From: Schizochytrium sp. TIO01
Lineage: Eukaryota; Protista; Bigyra: Labyrinthulomycetes
Assembly: GCA_004764695.1 (NCBI GenBank)
Contig: SMSO01000014.1
Span: 1,421,648-1,485,647, forward strand
Direction of reading: 5' to 3'
DNA length: 64,000 nt
A program made the position numbers and the translations under genes. Below are positions 57,224 to 64,000 of the stretch, piece by piece (position 1 is the first letter of the stretch; each line of letters opens with the position of its first letter). The notes below the pieces were generated by a model. The model was not told the origin of the DNA and did no database searches. It saw only the letters and a list, made by a program, of their open reading frames with translations.

Positions 57224-58558
57224 ATGGCAGTCAAAACGTACGAGGTCATCCTCCCGCCTTGGCTTGGTGGCTCGACGTTGGAGCTCGATGCTCAGATCAC
57301 ACAGATGGTTGGGCTTGGCCTGCTCACATTTGTATTGTTTTTCTTGTCAGATCCTTTTCGTATCATCGAAAAGGTGGATCTGCGCCTTGTAAGACTCTAC
57401 AAGGCACCCGAGAAATCTGCTGTGGATGGGCAGAAAGTCGTATGCATCATCAATCCTATCAGTGGCACCAAGAATAGTAAGTGGCAGTATGGTCAAGTTG
57501 TGCATCCTATGCTTCGATGTGGTGGCGCCTCTGTGGAGGCTATTATCTCTGAACGCCCTGGACATTTGGAAATTATTGGTGAGGAAATGGCCAAGAAGTT
57601 TATCGACGGAGATGAGGAAGCCTTTCCTGATGGCGGTGTGCTGATTATGGGCGGCGATGGGACTTTTCTTGAGTTCGTAAATGGAGTACTTCGGGGGTCC
57701 TCCAAGGGGAGCATGGATATTGAGGATGAAAATGTCCGCAAGGCTTTGCAATCTTTGCGTGTGGCACACATCCCTGTAGGATCGTCAAATGGTATCGCTA
57801 AGTCGAATGGATGCCTTACTGCATATGAAGCTCTTGAACAGCTTATTAAGGGTGACGGAAATGGTGATAACATGGGCAAATTGGACCTCTCAGTTGTTGA
57901 TGTTGAAGTACTCAATGAGGATCGAAAGACAACGTCAAAGAAACGTACATTTGATGTCATGTGCACCTCCCTTGGATTTGTGAGCGATTGGAATGAACTT
58001 GTTGAATACAAGTGGCGTCATCTCGGCAAAACACTGCGGGAAACCTTGGCCTCAATCAGCTTGATTTTGTCAAAGCGAATCTACAAGGGGCGCTTGCTCA
58101 TTCGACCAGGCTCAATCTCTGCGGAGGAGCTTGCAGAGTTGGCTGCCGAGCATGGATACCGCGACACTGCTTCTCTTCCTGATGCCAACGATCACCCTGG
58201 ATGGAAAGAGATCACTGGACCTTTTCTGGCGGTGTCTTGGACTACCCTGCCATGGATTGCAACCGACGCATGTATTGCGCCAGGTGCTGGCTTCGGAGAA
58301 GGGCAAGCCTCTGTGTTGGTTCTTAAGGATGTCTCTCGCTGGCAAATGCTCCAGGCTGCGGTGGCACTTGAAAAAGGTAACATCAGCAAATTGCCGTTCG
58401 CTTACCTGTATCGTGCCAGTGAAATGAAGCTTACACCTGAAGAGCCTGGTCTCATTGATACCTCTGGATCAATCACAAAGAATGTTACAAGCCTCAATGT
58501 GAAGTTGGTCCCCCGTGCTCTGCATTACTTGCGCAACCCATTGCTGCCGAAGCAGTAG
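57224..58558 (+). CDS. Sphingosine/ceramide kinase-like lipid kinase (DAGK catalytic domain) with N-terminal TM helix
   Basis: IINPISG, GGDGTFLEFVNG, IPVGSSNGIA, LGFVSD..E..RHLG, YKGRL, IAPGA. Confidence 0.85.
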   Translation: MAVKTYEVILPPWLGGSTLELDAQITQMVGLGLLTFVLFFLSDPFRIIEKVDLRLVRLYKAPEKSAVDGQKVVCIINPISGTKNSKWQYGQVVHPMLRCGGASVEAIISERPGHLEIIGEEMAKKFIDGDEEAFPDGGVLIMGGDGTFLEFVNGVLRGSSKGSMDIEDENVRKALQSLRVAHIPVGSSNGIAKSNGCLTAYEALEQLIKGDGNGDNMGKLDLSVVDVEVLNEDRKTTSKKRTFDVMCTSLGFVSDWNELVEYKWRHLGKTLRETLASISLILSKRIYKGRLLIRPGSISAEELAELAAEHGYRDTASLPDANDHPGWKEITGPFLAVSWTTLPWIATDACIAPGAGFGEGQASVLVLKDVSRWQMLQAAVALEKGNISKLPFAYLYRASEMKLTPEEPGLIDTSGSITKNVTSLNVKLVPRALHYLRNPLLPKQ

Positions 58559-58828
58559 ACGTAGACAAGGGCCACTTGCCATGAATTAAGTTTTGTATGT
58601 GTTGCCAAAATTAACAAATTTCCAATGTTTTCCATGAACTTGATAGAATATTTATATATTTTTTTTAAAGAAAAAAAGGCACATATAAAACAAAATGTTT
58701 AACGTTTGGAGAGAAAAATCTAAACAAGCGGATAAAGCATGGACCAAGAGTAGCTTGTTTTCAGTCCATGCAATACCCTTTCTCCTAAATTTCAATAGCA
58801 GTGTTTCAACAGTTTTGATTTGGCTAGT

Positions 58829-60058
58829 TTACTTGAAAAAGTCGGTGACAAGATTATCAAAGTACGGACTCAAGTAGATATGGTGGTTGCCTGGAAGGAT
58901 TTCCATCTCGGCCTTCGGAAGATTAGACTCTTCTAATGCAGCTTTTGTCGTACCCAAATCACGGGCTAGCCAGTCACGATTGCCATAGATAATCATGAGC
59001 TCGATACCACTCAGCTCAGGTAAGTCACGGATGAGGGGGCGCCGAGCAAATGCTCCAGGTACCATAATTGCGGAAAGGGCATGCTCTCCACTAGCTGGCA
59101 TGGCTGTGATCTGGTACATGTAATCTGCCAGGAGAGTGTTACTGGATTCGTCCTCCTCGTTGAGTCCCTTGAAGCCAAGAGTTAGAGAACCACAGCGGGC
59201 CTGAAAGGATTTACGCACAAACTTCGGTCCGTACGGGCCAACTCCGCGTACGAGTTGGTTTGGGTTCACACCCCGGTCCCAGAGCCAGAAGATGCTGCGC
59301 AGAAACCATCCTGCATCCTTACCGAAGCCGTCAGGGATTTCTGGGATACCAAAGGGACTCGCCAAGACCAATTTATCCACATATTTGCTGCCCATCTTCA
59401 GGACATAATGGGTTGCGAGATAGCCACCTAAGCTGTGCGCAACAATGTCAAACTTCTCGAGTCCTCGGTGCGCGCGCCACTTGTCCAAAGGCTCGATGAA
59501 CCAATCGATTGCTTCGAGCTCATCCTTCGCAATCCATTTAGGGCGACCAGAACTTCCGCATCCAATCCAGTCTACTGCAATAACGCTACGCCCAGTAGAT
59601 TGTGCAATATCACACATGTTGTTGGCAAACAGTAAACTACCAGCGCCGTAGCCATGAAGCATTACTATAGGTTTTTGCGAATTCACCGTTGATGCATCAG
59701 AGTTTAAAGGATGGCATTCAATCGAGTGAATTACATCTGGACCATTCTCGTCAGAACCGACCACAGTACGCACGCGCTTGAAAGATACTGGCTTCTTATC
59801 TACGTCACGTGCATAGTCCGAAATTCTGGCAAGAACCTCATCTTGGATCGTGTCTAGCTTTTCCTGGGAAACACGACTTCCAAAGGCGCCCATCCTATTA
59901 CAAACTTCAGGCGCGAGTGTAACTACAGTTCGTGTGGGGTCTAGCTGCGCAAACGGGCGATTCTCTAACTTATTGACTAAAGATCGACCTTTGGGCAGTC
60001 CTGAGAAAAGGCTAGACTTCAACTGTTGTGTAGCTCTTCTTACAGTCAATGCAAGCAT
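58829..60058 (-). CDS. ABHD4/ABHD5-family alpha/beta hydrolase, cardiolipin deacylase CLD1-like, predicted mitochondrial
   Basis: Presequence MLALTVRRATQQLK. VMLHGYGAG, DWIGCGSSGRP, AHSLGGY nucleophile elbow, LVLASPFG, SGEHA, AFARRPL, YGNRDW, GNHHIYL. Confidence 0.85.
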   Translation of the reverse strand: MLALTVRRATQQLKSSLFSGLPKGRSLVNKLENRPFAQLDPTRTVVTLAPEVCNRMGAFGSRVSQEKLDTIQDEVLARISDYARDVDKKPVSFKRVRTVVGSDENGPDVIHSIECHPLNSDASTVNSQKPIVMLHGYGAGSLLFANNMCDIAQSTGRSVIAVDWIGCGSSGRPKWIAKDELEAIDWFIEPLDKWRAHRGLEKFDIVAHSLGGYLATHYVLKMGSKYVDKLVLASPFGIPEIPDGFGKDAGWFLRSIFWLWDRGVNPNQLVRGVGPYGPKFVRKSFQARCGSLTLGFKGLNEEDESSNTLLADYMYQITAMPASGEHALSAIMVPGAFARRPLIRDLPELSGIELMIIYGNRDWLARDLGTTKAALEESNLPKAEMEILPGNHHIYLSPYFDNLVTDFFK

Positions 60059-60378
60059 GAAATCAAATCAAGTATATGGCTCACTCGATCTTATCCGCCT
60101 TTTGCGAGACACCTTGGTCTCAATTCCGTTTCTTTCGCTGGTTTTAAGTTTTGGTTTTGGTTTTGCTTTGGGTCTGTCTGAGCTTCTTGCCAGACAGATC
60201 GTTGTTTTCTTGATACTTTACAAACCAAAGTATCAGCAGATACCTCCCCTGCTTCCTTAACGACACACACACACCCCTCTACAGAACGTGCTTCTTCGTC
60301 TGCGTCTTTGTTTTCGGTTCTCTATTCCTTTCTGGATTTGCTGGACCCTGATCAACTGCGCCGCCTCTTCTGCTTCTA

Positions 60379-60418
60379 TACATACATACATACATACATA
60401 CATACATACATACATACA
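60379..60418. repeat. (TACA)10 microsatellite
   Basis: Directly visible. Confidence 0.95.
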
Positions 60419-60821
60419 TTCCATACAATCAGTCATCCATCTCCGTACTATTCCTAGCTCCACCTCCTAGCGCCTCCCAGCCAAAACCCTACCCACACCT
60501 GTGACCCCGCCCCCATATTGCATTACATCGCCTTAAATTCCCTCCCATTGTATTACATCGAATGTCTCCATTGCAACACGGAATGCATTCATTCATACAC
60601 TCATTCATACTTGCATACACCAATGCACACAGCATCGCATTGCGCTGCGCTGCGTTGCTCTTCTCCCACTGCGCTTCGCCTCTGATCCGCTCCGTCACGA
60701 CAGAGCTCAGAGCACCAGAAAGAAATGCAGTAACCCCAAAAGAAGCCAGACAGACTTTGCCTCCGCAGGTCAATTCCGCCTCGTTGCCGTCAACGATCAT
60801 GTTTACAGAATGAGGCCATGG

Positions 60822-60994
<173 letters not shown>

Positions 60995-61039
60995 GCCAAC
61001 ACATTGGTCTCTCGACCAGCGAACAAGGAACCTCGAAGG

Positions 61040-61074
<35 letters not shown>
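61040..61074. repeat. (ATCT)n microsatellite
   Basis: Directly visible. Confidence 0.95.
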
Positions 61075-61656
61075 TTACTGTCTGCATTTCCGCCTTTTGC
61101 GCAGAAACTATGAGGCTGAATCTGCGAAGATCCGCCGTCGTCACTCAGGTTTCCTCAATTCATTCCATGCCATGGAGGATATAATATAGGAGGTAGAGGT
61201 AGTACAACCTCCCTAACTAGTCTTCCTTCTTTCCCCTGAACGCGGAACAGAGAAGATTCTCCCGAGTATTGTCGTGCTGGAACAAAGAACTCTGTCTAGG
61301 TGCACACCCACCAGTCCAGTCGCTAGAGACCCTGGATTGTCGTACAGCTGTCTGTCTCTCTGTCTGTCTGTTAGAAATCTGTCAAAAAGCCTGTCAAACA
61401 CCCCACCCGAACGTCAGAATTATTTCCCAATGAAGCGGCACAAAAACTTGGTGTGGTTTGGAAACAAACAATCTGGCTCTGAGGATCTAGTCTGGCGATG
61501 ATATCTATGGAAATTCGCGGACTTCGCTGGCTCTAGTCACTTTGAGGTTCTGCCTAGATCAGACCTCTGAGTCTTCATTCTTGCCTTCTCGAAGACCCAG
61601 CACTTTCATCAATTACCTTATATTTACCAACATCAAATGATTCATCAGATTCGAAA

Positions 61657-61727
61657 TCTCCTGTGATGTAATGGCAGCATGTCAGACTCTGACTCTGACA
61701 ACCGTGGTTCGATTCCGCGTAGGAGAA
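61657..61727 (+). tRNA. tRNA-Gln, anticodon CTG
   Basis: Cloverleaf: acceptor TCTCCTG/TAGGAGA, D stem ATGT/GCAT with TGG loop, anticodon arm TCAGA-CT CTG AC-TCTGA, T arm CGTGG-TTCGATT-CCGCG, discriminator A. Confidence 0.92.
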
Positions 61728-61730
61728 TAA

Positions 61731-61743
61731 TTTTTTATTTTTT
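61731..61743 (+). terminator. RNA polymerase III oligo-T terminator of the tRNA gene
   Basis: TTTTTT run 4 nt downstream of the tRNA. Confidence 0.7.
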
Positions 61744-62172
61744 ATTCTTTATTTTATTTTAATTAATAATATTCTCTTTGAATTTCGTATTTCATAGCCA
61801 AGTATGAGTGAGGGTAATCTATAGGTCATTCGTTCAATTTTGGCACGTGACAGAATATAATAATCAAGAATGCATGTAGATCAATAGCCTTGTAGATGTA
61901 AGTGGATGGAAGGTTGAGTTTAGTTTAGAAATATAACAAAAGAATCAAGAATGAAGAATTTTATACAACAATGAAAAGACAGAAGAAGGGAACAAATGCA
62001 GTATAATTTGGGTTTTGTAGCCAGAGTAACATGAGAGGGAGTACCAGTTTTTATAGTAGGTTCGTTTGGGTTGTAAAGGTTTTACGAGGTCATGGGTAGA
62101 TATCACATACAAAAAACATGCGAAAATAGACGCGTGTCTTTTGTCAACCTCATCTGGATATAATTGCTATAT

Positions 62173-64000
62173 TTAGATGCGGTCAAGAGTGTCAAGACCA
62201 AGCAAGTTCATTGCCGTGCGGAGAGACACGCGAACAGCACGGATGAGGATGAGCCAGTTAACACCATGCTCATCAGCGAGCTTCTTTTCGCTCTTAATGA
62301 TAAGCTGGTGAGTGTTGTAGAACTTGCTGAAGGCACGACTGACATCGTAGACGTACTTGCAGAGGTGGTGCGGCTGAAGCTTGTTGACAGCCTCATCGAA
62401 GCGGTCGCCGAAGCGAAGGATGGCAAGAGCAAGATCCCATTCCTGAGGGCGCATGCGCTCGATGTTGAGGCTACCAAGACCGCCCTGGATGATCTCCTCA
62501 GCCTCAGTGCCAACAACCTCCTTCACAGCACGCTCAATGCTGCAAATACGGGCGTGCATGTACATGAGGTAGACAGCAGTGTCACCATCGCTCTGAAGCA
62601 TGTGATCATAGTTGAAGACATAGTCCTTGATGCGAGCGTTCTTCAAGTCAAAGTATTTGACAGCGGAGTAACCCAACTTGGAGGATGCCTCAGGAACCTC
62701 CTCAGGAGTTAGCAAGCACTTGTTCTCCTTGATACGCTCGTTCAAGTCGTTCGCCATACGGTCGCGGGCCTCGTCAAGGAGATCCACGAGACGAACGGTG
62801 CCACCCTCACGAGTACGGAAGCGCTGGCGGTCAGCACCCTGCACAACACCAAAGGCGACGTGGTCAAGGCGGACACCATCAACCCAGCCAGCACGCTGAG
62901 CAGCCTCAAAGCAAGCAAAGAAGTGACGCTGCTGGCCGGCATCAGTGACGTAGGCAATCCAGTCAAGGTTAAGCTCTTTGGTACGGTAGCGGATGGCAGC
63001 CATATCGGTAGTATCATAGCCGTAACCACCGTCACGCTTCACAATAAAGAGAGGCACAGAGTTGGCCTCAGTGCGAATGACCTTAGCGCCATCATCATCC
63101 TCGAGAAGCTTGCAAGCATCAAGTTCCTTGACAGTGTCAGGGATGCGGGAGTTATAAAACGACTCACCACACACACCATCAGGGAAGGAAACGTTCAAAC
63201 GATCGTAGATCTGAGAGAACATGCTCTCACTGATGTTCAAGAACAGCTTCCAGCCAGCCATAGCCTGCGGGTCGCCACTCTGGAGCTTGACGACCTCGAG
63301 ACGGGCCTCCTCCTTGAACTCCTCAGACGCATCAAAGGCCTTTTTGGCAGACTTGTAAAATGCCTGTGATATTATTATTGGTACATGGTAAACACATGAC
63401 GAAAGGTTTAAGTTAGCTTTAACTGAAATGAATCCCATATTACACATCCCCTGACTCGTCCTAGCTTTACTCTACCCCCACCTAATCTATTTATAATCTC
63501 TCCATCATCGATTTAACACCCTTCACCTTTCACTTCAGAGACTAGTTCGAATGTCCGCAACCGAAAGACCATCCCACCTACGGCTAAAAAAAGGCAGGGC
63601 GGTGAGTTATGGTGCGAACTTGCACTCTAGCACCTCTTGCGCAGCTACAGCTCATTCACCAAAGGTGTTGCTGCAGCCAACAGAACGAATTCTGCGCGCG
63701 CAAAATGCATATATGCTTTGACATTGACACCTGTCGAATTGTCAAAGAAATTTAAATACCCACCCTCTCTAAATATATACACGAGAACAAAAAGAATTGG
63801 CACTAATTCACCTCGGGTTTTTGTTGATTAAAAAACAACCAGCAAATCACCAATTCAACACTAAAGCAATAGAACTAGAAAGTCCTTTATTGCGAGCAGA
63901 TAAGAAACTTACATCAAGATCAGAAATTGTGGGAGCGCTTTCCAAGTAGTTGGGGTAGTTGTGGCGCATGTAGGTAAGGAGCATACCGAACTGGGTGCCC
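62173..64000 (-). CDS. RARS: Arginyl-tRNA synthetase, 3' part (exons >64000-63913 and 63363-62173; intron 63364-63912)
   Basis: Upstream exon reads GTQFGMLL..PTISDLD. Donor GAT|GTAAGT and acceptor ATCACAG|GCA give DLD-AFYKSAKK. GESFYN, KRDGGYGYDTTD, YVTDAGQ, FRTREG, VKYFDL, GDTAVYLMYMHARICSI. Gene continues beyond the window. Confidence 0.95.

Noticed and set aside
61238-61262. ACAGAGAAGATT match to the U6 snRNA ACAGAGA box
   Set aside because: The flanking U6 sequence (AGCATGGCCCCTG.., 5' stem-loop, U-tail) is absent; likely chance.
63364-63447. ORF-track N-terminus MCNMGF.. of ArgRS
   Set aside because: Intron sequence; the true upstream exon ends at 63913.

Overview
Gene-dense, intron-poor eukaryotic nuclear DNA, not prokaryotic. 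It has GT-AG introns, mitochondrial presequences, Rab/Arf GTPases and microsatellites. The gene content and architecture suggest a stramenopile protist, probably a thraustochytrid/labyrinthulomycete (inference). About 22 protein-coding genes are supported: THO2, ARFRP1, a hAT-transposase-derived BED-finger protein, ODR-4-like, CENP-T, a Y-family (pol eta-like) polymerase, ELP3-like, mitochondrial ATP synthase gamma, SUMF1/FGE, SQT1/AAMP, RAB6, mitochondrial ThrRS, a full-length ABCD transporter, a myristoylated C2HC zinc-finger protein, a DUF5692-like membrane protein, MscS, PET191/COA5, a two-exon mitochondrial protein, MALSU1/RsfS, DHODH, a sphingosine-kinase-like protein, a CLD1/ABHD4-like hydrolase and the 3' part of ArgRS. 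There is also one tRNA-Gln(CTG) and several microsatellites. The best leads are five. (1) A non-canonical, Elongator-independent-type Elp3 with a C-terminal tail anchor, like Toxoplasma Elp3. (2) An apparently domesticated, catalytically dead hAT transposase. (3) A CENP-T with two vertebrate-like TPR Ndc80-binding motifs. (4) A bacterial-type DUF5692-like gene. (5) Two convergent spliced genes whose stop codons lie 2 bp apart. All family assignments come from motif recognition by eye; no database searches were run.
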